A stretch of 63,617 nt of DNA, filler included, from Folioceros fuciformis (Eukaryota), in the NCBI GenBank assembly GCA_049999805.1. It is 19 parts of 19 records of this genome, joined end to end, with 100 filler letters (N's around TTAATTAATTAA, not from the genome) between each part and the next. Parts side by side here need not be neighbours in the genome. Positions count along the whole stretch, not along the records: positions 31,987 to 38,434 come from JBNGIO010006549.1; positions 38,535 to 40,412 come from JBNGIO010006550.1; positions 40,513 to 45,856 come from JBNGIO010006551.1; positions 45,957 to 51,831 come from JBNGIO010006552.1; 15 more parts are not named here. One strand, written 5' to 3'. Made by a program: the position numbers and the translations under genes. Below are positions 36,101 through 46,565 of this stretch, in pieces (within the stretch, counting starts at the first letter, position 1; each line of letters starts with the position of its first letter). The notes under the pieces were generated by a model that was given only the letters and a program-made list of their open reading frames with translations, searched no databases and was not told where the DNA came from.

Positions 36101-37639
36101 TGGCGTGCAGCAGTAGAGGACGAGTACCAGTCCTTGGTTAAGAACAAGACCTGGACGCTTGTTGATTTACCATCTGGGAGGAAGGCAATCTCCTGCAAAT
36201 GGGTCTTCAAGTTAAAGTTGAATGCAAAAGGCGAAGTAGCAAGATTCAAGGCACGACTAGTGGCAAGAGGCTTCACTCAAGTCGAGGGTTTGGACTACCA
36301 GGAGACTTTCTCACCTGTCGTTAGAGCACAGTCCATCAGAGTAATCTTGGCCCTGGCAACTCAGTACGATCTCGACCTGGAACAGATGGATGTGTGTACA
36401 GCATTCCTCTATGGGGCTTTGGATGAGGACCTTTATATGGAACAGCCAGAGGCCTATGTAGACAAGCAGCACCCACACAAGGTGTTAAAATTACTCAAGT
36501 GTATATATGGTCTCAAACAGAGTGGTAGGGTCTGGTATGTAACCATACACATTTTTCTGTTGAGCATTGACTTCCTACAAAGCACAGCGGATACAAACGT
36601 ATACAAACTTACCAGAGGGTCTCAGTACGTGATCCTTGCCTTGTACGTAGACGACGTCATACTGGCTACTAACAGCCAGCCTCTGCTTTCTGAGGTCAAG
36701 GCCCTATTAAGTAGTAAGTTTGAAATGAAGGACATTGGCGAACTCAGGTTCTGTTTGGGAATACAGATTATCCGCAACAGACCAGACAAGTTGATGGTCA
36801 TTCATCAGCAAAAATACATAAATGAGATCCTAAGAAGGTTCAAGCTGGAAGACTGTCGGCCAGCTACTACACCTGCAGCCGTTGGGGTAAAGCTGACTAG
36901 CCTCATGTGCCCACAGAGTGCCCAAGACAAAAAGGATATGGAAAATGTGCCATACAGGCATGCAGTAGGCAGTCTTATTTTTGTCGCTAACTGGACTAGA
37001 CCAGATGTGCAATATGCTGTTAGCACAGTGTCACAGTTCTTGGAAAATCCAGGGAGGGGGCACTGGGTGGCCGTAAAACGGATATTCAGGTACCTTAAGG
37101 GTACCATTCATCATGGATTAGTATACAAAAGTAATGGGGAGGATAGACTTACTTTACGGGGATTCACAGACGCTGACTGGGCCTCAGACTTTGATTCCCG
37201 CAGGAGCCTATCCACATACTGCTTCTTGTTAGCATCTGCAGCTGTAAGCTGGAGCAGCAAGAAACAAAGTTCAATCTCTTTATCCTCAACCGAAGCGGAA
37301 TACAAATCTCTTACAGAAGCCGCAAAGGAGGCTGAGTGGGAGAGGAGATTCTTACAAGATCTTGGTCAGGAGCAAGTTGAACCGACCCTAATTTCTTGTG
37401 ACAACATGTCAGCCTTGGCGCTGGTAGCTAATCCTCGTTTCCATGCAAGAACCAAACATATCGAAATACAGCATCACTATATCCGTGATGCTGTGGATAG
37501 AAGAGTAACGAAGGTGGGCTTTATTAAAACGGAGGACAACTCTGCTGATATTCTAACAAAAGCTTTGCCAAAGCACAAGCACTATCAGCATGTGGAGGGC
37601 CTAGGTGTTTGTGACTTCTCAGTACACACTGAACAGTGA
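33149..37639 (+). CDS. Copia gag-pol polyprotein, 1496 aa (gag probably from ATG 33320)
   Basis: Order gag, CCHC, PR (DSGA), IN, RT (FKARLVARG, QMDV..AFL, YVDD), RNaseH (DADWA, EAEY, ADILTK). Confidence 0.99.
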   Translation: MSRLVVPDSEDEEDFDSSDEEEGEIDLASYFASSFWQYNPPIIQVQHPLPVTQVVRAMATPSFTSDLKEKDRFNGTKYPVWRVRMKAILIARGCWSVVDGSFPEPDPITGSQADKEKWASINEVAVAVLINGLATDLVPDVEYLTKGIQIWNQLEKTYQVINIMTKCAVWQEYYALRMKEGDKVGVFTSKFRHLRSQLASFNIKIEEEHAVVQLLSSLPATLQQFVSSYNGPLNASQAAVTAGTASTLTVDDIVAALHQEEQSRLFSVGGSKPKAEKVLAARFKPIRQKGKAHPQGYSEPGQSSITKKTGNCNWCGIPGHWARDCRKKKAGEPQKKASTNVVVKEKGSSDHSAPTDNKGTVRIYTICLSNSKHDRDSWYLDSGATAHICKDKDLFSYLDTSHTVEKVLLGDEKNETGLRIEGQGKCTFILHDRTDLVLEDVLYVPRMAKNLVSLSRLLGTRAYSMFADQSSCSFYTTTVPYRLVFKGIPDSDLYCLDIHCKPETVTLSTTPGQMDTKALASLGHARLGHANRAKLIDMSVKDCYREPLPQCFKDLPICEACILAKQKEQSFPTTPAHRASHVLELIHADISGKIHEPSLGDSRYYLSFTDDFSRYSWTFPMQLKSDTFRLFTEWLPVVQRQTGQLVKWLRTDNGTEFVNAQFDSYLQGHGIQRQLTVPYTPQHNGVAERKNQTLLGMTRSMLLWAGLPQGYWAEAVVTATYILNRVYTSAVKGQTPYEVFWKRKPSILHLRVFGSRAFAYIPAEKRRKLDNRAQGLIFVGYSETAKAYKLYDKHRHSIMLARSVTFLEPHAPVGEPASKVVTAEAEGVDDDADTDAHAPGDYPQDDTEALDDDLLRPVPDVQAPPDELIQAGDQQDAPPVEGSMDILILHQGNENVDQGPYLDEHEVEDISEPADPSLVDETDAIGPPEPELRRSARHRLERSAWKELPYQSIDFRHSSSAVTVPLPDEPKTLSQAFNGPESAQWRAAVEDEYQSLVKNKTWTLVDLPSGRKAISCKWVFKLKLNAKGEVARFKARLVARGFTQVEGLDYQETFSPVVRAQSIRVILALATQYDLDLEQMDVCTAFLYGALDEDLYMEQPEAYVDKQHPHKVLKLLKCIYGLKQSGRVWYVTIHIFLLSIDFLQSTADTNVYKLTRGSQYVILALYVDDVILATNSQPLLSEVKALLSSKFEMKDIGELRFCLGIQIIRNRPDKLMVIHQQKYINEILRRFKLEDCRPATTPAAVGVKLTSLMCPQSAQDKKDMENVPYRHAVGSLIFVANWTRPDVQYAVSTVSQFLENPGRGHWVAVKRIFRYLKGTIHHGLVYKSNGEDRLTLRGFTDADWASDFDSRRSLSTYCFLLASAAVSWSSKKQSSISLSSTEAEYKSLTEAAKEAEWERRFLQDLGQEQVEPTLISCDNMSALALVANPRFHARTKHIEIQHHYIRDAVDRRVTKVGFIKTEDNSADILTKALPKHKHYQHVEGLGVCDFSVHTEQ

Positions 37640-37808
37640 TGGAACACTGGACTTATCTGGTGGTGTGGAAGAACAAAACCCAGCACCCATGAATGTTGGC
37701 CATGCAACCAGAGTCCTGTCCAGACGATACAGTGTGGCGTTAGAATCATGAACAACAAAAATAACAATAACAGAAGTCAGCATCGAGTGGATGAAGCTCA
37801 CTGAATAC

Positions 37809-38321
37809 CTAGTCACTTGAATGCTGACGATTCTCAACTGAGTTGGCAGCAGACTCGGATTTCTTCCCCAGAAGCTTAGCCAGCTTGGTGGTCTCCTGGA
37901 CCAGTGCTAGAAGATCAACTCTACTCTCCAGCTCTTCCAGAACCTGCGCGTCAGTGTTGCTAACTGTCGGGAGATTACTCTGCCAGTCTATGGTTAGATT
38001 GATGGACATCTTCCAGCCACCAATCCTGATACACTGTCCCACTGAGAGCCTCTCGTCCCAGTCGTCCCCCTTCATATCTGTCTGGCTCAAGAGGGAGCTT
38101 CGCCCAAGCTGATTCTTGGGCAATCCCTCCACAGCAGAAGATTTGCCCATACCATCGCCACAGCCCTCATTGTTTTTCGATGTCATGTCGGAAGAAGGAG
38201 CAGAGCGAGCTGAACGGTGGCTGTAACACTCGTGACCCTGTGTGCCATACTTATACTCCTTCCTGCGATCGAGTGAAGTTGGTGGGTCATTTAATGGTAA
38301 GCTTGAGAGGACAAGAGACAA
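37809..38321 (-). CDS. Antisense ORF between pol and PPT (up to 170 aa, coiled-coil tail)
   Basis: Open frame ending AQVLEELESRVDLLALVQETTKLAKLL..; ATG start probably internal (MTSKNN). Confidence 0.4.
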   Translation of the reverse strand: MSLVLSSLPLNDPPTSLDRRKEYKYGTQGHECYSHRSARSAPSSDMTSKNNEGCGDGMGKSSAVEGLPKNQLGRSSLLSQTDMKGDDWDERLSVGQCIRIGGWKMSINLTIDWQSNLPTVSNTDAQVLEELESRVDLLALVQETTKLAKLLGKKSESAANSVENRQHSSD

Positions 38322-38380
38322 GAGGACCCCGTGGTCAGCAAAGGATTGCAGTAGAACTTGGCGTGCAACTCGTTACGCTC

Positions 38381-38389
38381 GAGAGGGAG
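38381..38389 (+). promoter_or_regulatory. Polypurine tract
   Basis: GAGAGGGAG immediately before TG of the 3' LTR. Confidence 0.9.
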
Positions 38390-38534
38390 TGTTGAGAATG
38401 AAGACTCTGAATAAAGGCCTAACGGGGCTCGCTTNNNNNNNNNNNNNNNNNNNNNNNNNNNNNNNNNNNNNNNNNNNNTTAATTAATTAANNNNNNNNNN
38501 NNNNNNNNNNNNNNNNNNNNNNNNNNNNNNNNNN

Positions 38535-40290
38535 CTCCCACATTTTTCATTTCATCTATTCATTTCATTTTTCATCTATTCATTTTTCATTTTTCGTTTT
38601 CCCATTCTTATTTTCATCATACTAATACTTACCCACTCCCACTCCCACATTTTTCTTGTCATCTATTCATTTCACTTTTCATCTATTCATTTTTCATTTT
38701 CCCATTCTTATTACTTATTACTTAAGTACAAAAATGACAATACAATTCTATTGTATACTCTGTATACTATGCATACTAAATATTTGTACTATTTATGCAT
38801 TAATATTGTGCACTTGTACTTATTACTTATTACTATAATCACTTATTATTTATTACTTAAGTACAAAAATGACAACACAGTTCTATCGTATACTCTGTAT
38901 ACTAAGTATATTAAATATTTGTACTATTCATATACGAACATTGTATACATTACATTAATACCTTAGGGTATCCCAGAGGCCCCCTGGCCTAATTTCGGCA
39001 CCAGGAATCCAACCGCGCTGTCCGTTCGTCAATCCAACTTCCTGATCTCCTTTTGCGCATTAATCCACTATACATTAATACACTAATACTTTCAATTAAT
39101 ACTTCATTACACTCATATTTCATTCTCATACTTTAGAACATTAGTGCTTCATATTAATGATTTATTATATAAGTGATTTTTATCTTATATGTTATTCATT
39201 TTGTCCTTTCAAAAGATTCCTCAAACAAAACAAAACAAAAGTTATAGACTGTAGATCCTAAGTTTAGATCTTAGTAATAAAAAAAAATAGACAATAAAGG
39301 CCTAGATGACATCCATTTTATTCTCAGTATGATAACTAGCATGTGCAATAATTAGTATGTCAATAATTAGTAGTATAGTCATTAGTATGTGCGGTAATTA
39401 ATATGACAATAAATACTATGTGCAGTAATTAGTGTGGCAGTAAATACTATGGCAATGAATACTATGTGCAATAATTAGTGTGGTAGTAAATACCATGATT
39501 CATCCTAATTAATATATCATTATAATTATTATTCCAATACATCAATACTTCATTCATATAAATACTTAATTACATTAATACCTCATCTTAATTAATACTT
39601 CATCCCAATTAATGATTCACCCTAACTAATATTTCATTCTAATTATTACTTCAGTATATTAATACTTCATCCTAATCAATACTTCATCCATCCAAATGCT
39701 TCTACCTACTAACGGATGGGGTTTAGGTAATTGGAAGGATCAGGCAATACTTGTACGGCCCATTTTGGTCCGATAAGGTAATTTGGGTGCCAGGAATCCA
39801 ACCGCGCAGTCCGTTCGCCGATTCGACGGTCGGATCTCCTTCGGCAACCTTGGCACATTTGTTAGTGTGATCAGCGGACGAGCGGGGCCCACCCCTAGAT
39901 CCGCCCGCACCTTAGGGTATCTTAGGGGTCCCCTAGGCTAATATCGGCGCTACGAACCCACCCGCGCTATCCGTTCGTCAATCCGACCGTCTGATCTCCA
40001 TGGGCATTTTCCATGGTTTGCCAGATTTACTAAGGGACGGACCATCTCATCGCCCATGTGGGAAACAGTACCTTAAGCAATTTTAGGGATCCCCTCAGCT
40101 AATTTCGGTGCCAGGAACCCAACCGTGCTGTCCGTTCGATGATCTGATAGTTTTGGGCGGGAAGTTCAAATGAATTCAAAAATGCCTTAATTGTAAATTT
40201 ACTATGGGATCCAATGTAGTATCCAAATTAAAAAAAGTCAAACTCAGTCAAGGAAATTTAAAAACAATGCGGGCAGTCAAAATTTCAAAA
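38535..40290. repeat. AT-rich subrepeat spacer downstream of 5S, with four about 90-bp GC-rich elements
   Basis: Elements near 38962, 39776, 39911 and 40072 share TAAT.T.GG.GC.A.GAA.CCA.CCG.GC..TCCGTTCG; AT-rich local duplications lie between them. Confidence 0.75.
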
Positions 40291-40291
40291 G

Positions 40292-40410
40292 TGGATGCAG
40301 CACCGGGACTTCCCGGGAGGTCACCCATCCCAGTACTATTCCGGCCCAAAGGCGCTTAACTTCAGAGTTCTGATGGGATCTGGTGTAGTAGCCTTGGTAT
40401 GACCGCATCA
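40292..40410 (-). rRNA. 5S rRNA, seed-free-plant type
   Basis: 119 nt TGATGCGGTCATACCAAGGCTACTACACCAGATCCCATCAGAACTCTGAAGTTAAGCG..GTGCTGCATCCA followed by CTTTT (Pol III terminator). First base is T rather than the usual G. Confidence 0.96.
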
Positions 40411-41205
40411 CGNNNNNNNNNNNNNNNNNNNNNNNNNNNNNNNNNNNNNNNNNNNNTTAATTAATTAANNNNNNNNNNNNNNNNNNNNNNNNNNNNNNNN
40501 NNNNNNNNNNNNCCTCCACTTCCTCAAACCTACATTGGCGTGAACTCGTCCAATCAAACGCCTGTGATGCCTGCAAGCTGCAAGGATCGTTGCCAGCATT
40601 CAAAATTCCGCTTGCACACCTCCAAGAAAACCGGGAAGACCAAGGATCCTTGGCGACCTCTCGTGCTGTGGCTCTTCCAGCATGCAGGACGGTGACGGAT
40701 CAATCTCGATTCATCAACAGCGTGTGCAGCTCTTAATCGCGAAGCGCTCACAAGGCCTTGCGTGTCAGAGGGAGCAAGAATACGTGTATCTTGATAGATG
40801 CAGCTGCAGAGCTTTCTTGCTGCAAGTTGTGTAACGCATTCGTCAGGAACGCCTGCCCTGCTCAGTGATCGCTTTGCTGTTCCGAGCTCTGAGACAGGAC
40901 GAGCAGAAGCGGCTGAGTGAACAGGCCGGACGGGAGTCCGGGTCATCATGACGCAGAGGGGCTGACCGCAGTCACTTAGGCTTCAACCTGCCAAGAAAGG
41001 ACCAGGTCGTTACGTCCACCGTTTACTCAGCCTCCATTGGAATTGGCTTACAATACATACATCGCCGTAACTGAAGATCAAAGCTTTGCTTTGAGGTCGT
41101 CAAATTCAACAGTGGACAGGACGTGGCTATACTAGATTGGAAAATGGGCAATTTCCTCCTTCTCCGCGTTGAAGAAGTCGGGACGCTTGAGCTCAGACCT
41201 TGGCT

Positions 41206-42420
41206 ATGGCTGACTGGTCGGCAAGGTGGATGTTGATGTGCCTGGTGCTCACCAATTGCGGTTTCCTGTTTGCTGGTGGTCAATCCCCCAGCACACCTGC
41301 CATTGACGCATTCTTGCAGGAGAAGGAGTCTCAAGTGCAGCTGATAGCGCAACAGGCTACGATAAACCACGAAAACACCTGCGGTAAGAAGCATCCGGCA
41401 TGCGTGCCGACCAGAATGTGCCCAAGCTCACATCCTGACTGGGGAGTTAACACCTGCGGGATGTGGAAACTGCAGAGCTGATGGCAACATGTGATGCCCC
41501 GGAAAATTGCACTAGAGGAGCGTGCCAGTATGTGTCAGGGGACCTACTGTACCTGCAGTGTGTGACAATTCAGAACCACACAGGTTGCCGAAGTGAGAAT
41601 GACACCGTGTGCAACTCTGGGCTGGTGACTTACGACATGAGTTATGTGAGGTGAGATATAAGGTTTCGTGTACCGGGTTTCTCTGCTTCACCAGACTATT
41701 CGCCCTTGCTGATTCCGTAAATACAGGGCGCACATTGCTAGAATAGGTGGAGTTTCTACCGAAGTGAAGAACGCCATCTGCTCTCAGCGTGCGCTGGATA
41801 GCACTGTTTCAAGAACCTGAGGCAGAACGGAACAGATCCGTTTTTCAATCATGCCCTGGGCACCGTAGAAGGTCCCCATCGCTTCTATCCTGGCAGGGTG
41901 AGATAGCATGTCCTAGGCAACACCTTGTAAGATACGCTTTCGCCCTTGACCTCTTGCAAAAGCTCATCGCAGGATGGTTTCCTTCCCAGGCACTGCTAGA
42001 TTGCGACAGTTACGATGTAAGACAACGGCCCTGGTAAGAAACGAGTCTGGATGTGTTGTGCTGAGACTTCGGTTGCACTTGAATTATGTGCCATCGGAAA
42101 CATGGGTTTACGTTTACGTTGGACAGGTACAATGCAGGAATTGGTGTGAAGAAGAGTCTTGTCATCCTAATCGACTCCAGTTACTCCATGGGTAACTGGC
42201 TTGCTGCTCTTCATGTGGAGGGATCGCACCTGGACACAACACAAATGCTATTATCCATGCACTCGGGGGTGCACTTGTACCGGCGGGGATCCTAATCGCG
42301 GTGTGCATTTTCCGACGGGAAATTGAAGAGTGCTGCTCGAAAACAATCAACGACGAAGGGCGGGGAACCAGTGTATGGGCTCTGTCAGAAAACAATAGTA
42401 ACGAAAAACTATGATATGGC
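41206..42420 (+). pseudogene. Internally deleted copy of the vWA-Cache gene
   Basis: Colinear with 43033-44004, then jumps (TAAC filler at 42193) to the equivalent of 45249; further small indels. Confidence 0.9.
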
Positions 42421-43032
42421 CTGCGACAATTTGCCATCGTTCAAAATGAACCCATCAATAGCAATGGCAATGACAAAGGTCAGTCACACTGGATATCTTA
42501 CAAGTTCACACCCTAAGAGATTTCTTTCCAGTGTAGATACCAATTATCACGAGTGATCCCAATCATCACAGGTCCTTCAAAATCATGTCCCGAGTTAGCC
42601 TGGACTACAGGTTCCACCACTGCAAATCGTAAAAAACACTCTCCAGGGGGAATCGCTGATGTACTCCTTGAGCTCATCGCTCTGCTGGTCGTCAACCTGC
42701 CAAGGAAGGACTTGGTCGTGACATCCACCTGTTCACTCAGCCTCCGCTCAGCTTCAAATGCACTTCACCGCACGCCCTTCAAATCGCCGCAAGTGATGAT
42801 CAAAGCTTGCGTTAAGGTCCTCAAAGTCAACAGTGCACAGGAAGTGGATATACTAGATTGCAAAGCGAGTGGACTGGGGGTGGAAATACTAGACTAGGAC
42901 GTGAGTGGCTGGAAGTGGATATACCAGACTAGAACGTGAGTGGCTGGAAGTGGATATACTAGATTGGAAAATGAGAAATTTCGACCTTCTCCTCTTCGAA
43001 GAAATCGGGACGCTTGAGCTCAGACCTTGGCT

Positions 43033-45475
43033 ATGGCTGACTGGTCGGCAAGGTGGATGTTGGTGTGCCTGGTGCTCACCAATTACGGTTTCCTGTTTGC
43101 TGGTGGCCAATCCCCAAGCACACCTGCCATTGACGCATTCTTGCAGGAGAAGGAGTCTCAAGTGCAGCTGATAGCGCAACAGGCTACGATAAACCACGAA
43201 AACACCTGCGGTAAGAAGCATCCGGCATGCGTGCTGACCAGAATGTGCACAAGCTCACATCCTGACTGGGGAGTTAACACCTGCGGGATGTGGAAACTGC
43301 AGAGCTGGTGGCAACATGTGATGCCCCGGAAAATTGCACTAGAGGAGCTTGCCAGTATGTCTCAGGGGACCTACAGCACATGCAGTGTGTGGCAATTCCG
43401 AACCGCACAGGTTGCCAAAGTCAGAATGGCACCGTGTGCAACTCTGGGTTGGTGACTTACGACAGGAGTTATGTGAGGTGAGATATGAGATTTCGTGTAT
43501 CGGGTTTCTCTGCTTCACCAGACCATTCGTCCATGCTGATCCTGCAAATACAGGGCGCCCAATGGTACAAGAGGTGGAGTTTCTAACGAAGTGAAGAACG
43601 CCATCTGCTCTCAGCGTGCACTGGATTACACTGTTTTCAAGATCCTGAGGCAGAACGGAACAGAACCGTTTTTCAACTATGCCCTGGGCACCGTAGAAGG
43701 TCCCCATCGCTTCTATCCTGGAAGGGTGAGATAGCATGTCCTAGGCAACACCTTGTAAGACACGCTTTCGTCCTTGCTCATCGTAGGATGGTTTCCTTCC
43801 CAGGCACTGCTAGATTGCGACATGTACGATGTAAGACAACGGCCCTGGTAAGAAACGAGTCTGGATGTGTTGCTCAGACTTCGGTTGCACTTGAATTATG
43901 TGCCATCGGAAACATGGGTTTACGTTTACGTGGGACAGGTACAATGCAGCAATTGGTGTGAAGAAGAGTCTTGTCATCCTAATCGACTCCAGTTACTCCA
44001 TGGGAAGAGTGGGAGCAATCACCATCGGATCTTCAGTCTTGCACATGTGCCTAACTACGACTAACAATCTGCTAAACACTCTGTCAGCAACAGATGAAGC
44101 CTCGGTGATTACCTTCGACGGGACTAACACAGCCATGCAGTTGGGTGCAAAGGCAAGCTCTCACATTGCACGGTTACTTCAGAGCTGGTTAGGGTCATAG
44201 CTTTGCTCAAATCTCTAACCACCTCTTGGCCCTCCCCCAGTTCACTGTTCCACCCACAGGTCCGGATCCAAGCAACCCGCAACTGCTCAATCTGCTCCAG
44301 GCCGTGGAAAGTCTAAACGTTTCCAGCAACCAAGGAGCAGCCAATTATACTGCTGGGTTGTCTTCAGCTCTCTCTGTGTTTGAAGCAGCTCCAGACGATG
44401 CAATGAAGGTAACAAATCCCCAACCACACAGTTTTCGTAAGCTGGCAAAATGGTCCTTCTACCGAAACCGTCTTTGCCGGTAGAATTCTCATTCCGAGAT
44501 CACGTACAACAGGTGGTGGTCGTACTGACGGATGGAAATTTCGGGGACCATGTCCAAGTGGAGGAGCTGTATCCCGTCCTTCAAGAGATTGCGGAGAAAC
44601 AGGTGAAAGTCCTCATGTACAGTGATGGAGTGATCAGCTCTTCCGCCATGCAAAATCTCACAGACTTTGCCTGCAAGGCAAATGGTTCTTATGAACTAGT
44701 CGATCTGCAAAATCCTCTGTTTGGGATCCGATCTCTATTTTCCTTCTTTGCTCGAGCCCACATTGCAGCTTTCCCTAAGTCCTACTGGCTAGGGAGATAC
44801 ACCAACTACGACGGACTGGGGGACGTCATAGAAGTCACCTACCCAGGTACTCTTATTTGTCACGCAGGCTCTTTTCTCTTGATTCATTGTGTCGAAGGTC
44901 TCATCCAGCTTCACTACAGTTATGACAAGAGATGGCATGGACTTGATTGGGGTAGCTGGCATCTTGATCCAAAAGTCGTCCCTCAATCTTCTGTTCCAAG
45001 GCTCGATTGATACTGCTCTACAGAAGAGGCAGGGGGGGGTTGTAGTTAAGAATCCTGCTGCCACAGGCGCTAATCTATCATGCACAATACCTGTAAGTTG
45101 AATCCAGAACAATTCAACGTGTACCTTTCTGCTTACCTTGTCCTGAACAGCTCCGTTTTGCAGGCAACCGGCCCAACGACTACCTGTGGCTATGGCACGT
45201 CCACTGGAATTTGTGCTTCGACAGTCTCAAAGCATAGCTATGCCGATATGGCTTGCTGCTCTTCATGTGGAGGGATCTCACCTGGACACAACAGAAATGC
45301 TATTATCTTTGCAGCCGTGGCTGTAGGGGGTGCAGTTGTACTGGGGGGGATCGTAGTCCTGGTGTTCATTTTCCGACGGCAAATTGGAGAGTGTTGCTCG
45401 CGAACAATCAAGGATAAAGGGCGGGGAACCAGCGTATGGGATCTGCCCGAAACGAATGGTAACGAAAAACTATAA
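43033..45475 (+). CDS. Alpha2delta/CACHD1-like vWA and Cache type I membrane protein, multi-exon
   Basis: Signal peptide; Cys-rich region; RFYPG..YDVRQRPW|YNAA..KSLVILIDSSYSMG (MIDAS DxSxS), VLTDG, YWLGRY..GLGDVIEVTYP, LIGVAGI; TM AIIFAAVAVGGAVVLGGIVVLVFIF-RR. Exons assembled by hand; one donor near 44153 appears to be GC. Confidence 0.8.
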
Positions 45476-46565
45476 TAGGGCCTGCGACAACTTGCCATGG
45501 TTCAAAATGAACCCAGCACTAGCAATGGCAATGACAAAGGTCAGTCACACTGGATATCTTACAAGTCCACACCCTAAGAGATGTCTTTCTAGTGTAGATA
45601 CCAATTGTCACGGATGCACCCAGTCATTACAGGTGCTTCAAAATCATGTCAAGAGTTAGCCTCGACAACAAGTTTTACCACTGCAAATCGTGAAAAAGAC
45701 TCTCCAGGGGAAATCGTTGATGTACTAAGAGAGAAAACATTGTCGATTGCTTATTAATCACCGTTGCCTACAGTTCGTAATTCTCCGCCTTCGTTTCTAC
45801 AATGAACTCCCTCCACTTCCTCAAACCTACATTGGCGTGAACTCGTCCAATCAAACNNNNNNNNNNNNNNNNNNNNNNNNNNNNNNNNNNNNNNNNNNNN
45901 TTAATTAATTAANNNNNNNNNNNNNNNNNNNNNNNNNNNNNNNNNNNNNNNNNNNNAAAAACTATTTTACCTCATATGTAGATATTAATTTCATTGTAAT
46001 GGTTCTTGTTTCTAGCTCCATACTACTATTATATGGCTGGTTGTAAATGGGGGTTTGGGGTTTAGGGTTTGATACTATATACTTCGAGAAAAGAATCTCG
46101 CTAATTCATACAATTATGCTATATATGTGTATGCATACACAACCTTCAAGGGCATCTACAACAAGAAAAGAACCTACCTCTTCTATGCAGTGTATGCTAT
46201 TTATGTGTATGCAAACACAACCTTTAGGTTTAGGGGCATCTATTATACGAAAAGAACCTACTTGTTTCATACAATTTTGCTATATACATGAATCATCACA
46301 CACCACTTGATTGAGCTCTAAACCTAGTAGCCTGCGCAACTACTTCAAGAGCAAATTTAGCAATTTCATACAAGTGCCCCATATATTTGCGTGGTAAGCC
46401 TAATTCTTGATTAAGTTGAAGGAGCTTTATGTGCAACTACTTCAGTCCTCTAAGATCCATATTTCCAACTCACTTATCAAATCTTGTAGTGGTGAAGCAG
46501 GAGAAATTGTAGGAGCAAGGTCTACAGTGAATAAGGAGGAGACTAGTATTAGTGTAAGAGCTACA

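Larger units (their letters stand above)
31987..38434 (+). mobile_element. Ty1/copia LTR retrotransposon, complete internal region with both LTR stubs
   Basis: 5' LTR end ..TTCA at 32033, PBS, intact gag-pol, PPT, 3' LTR start TGTTGAG at 38390. Confidence 0.97.
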
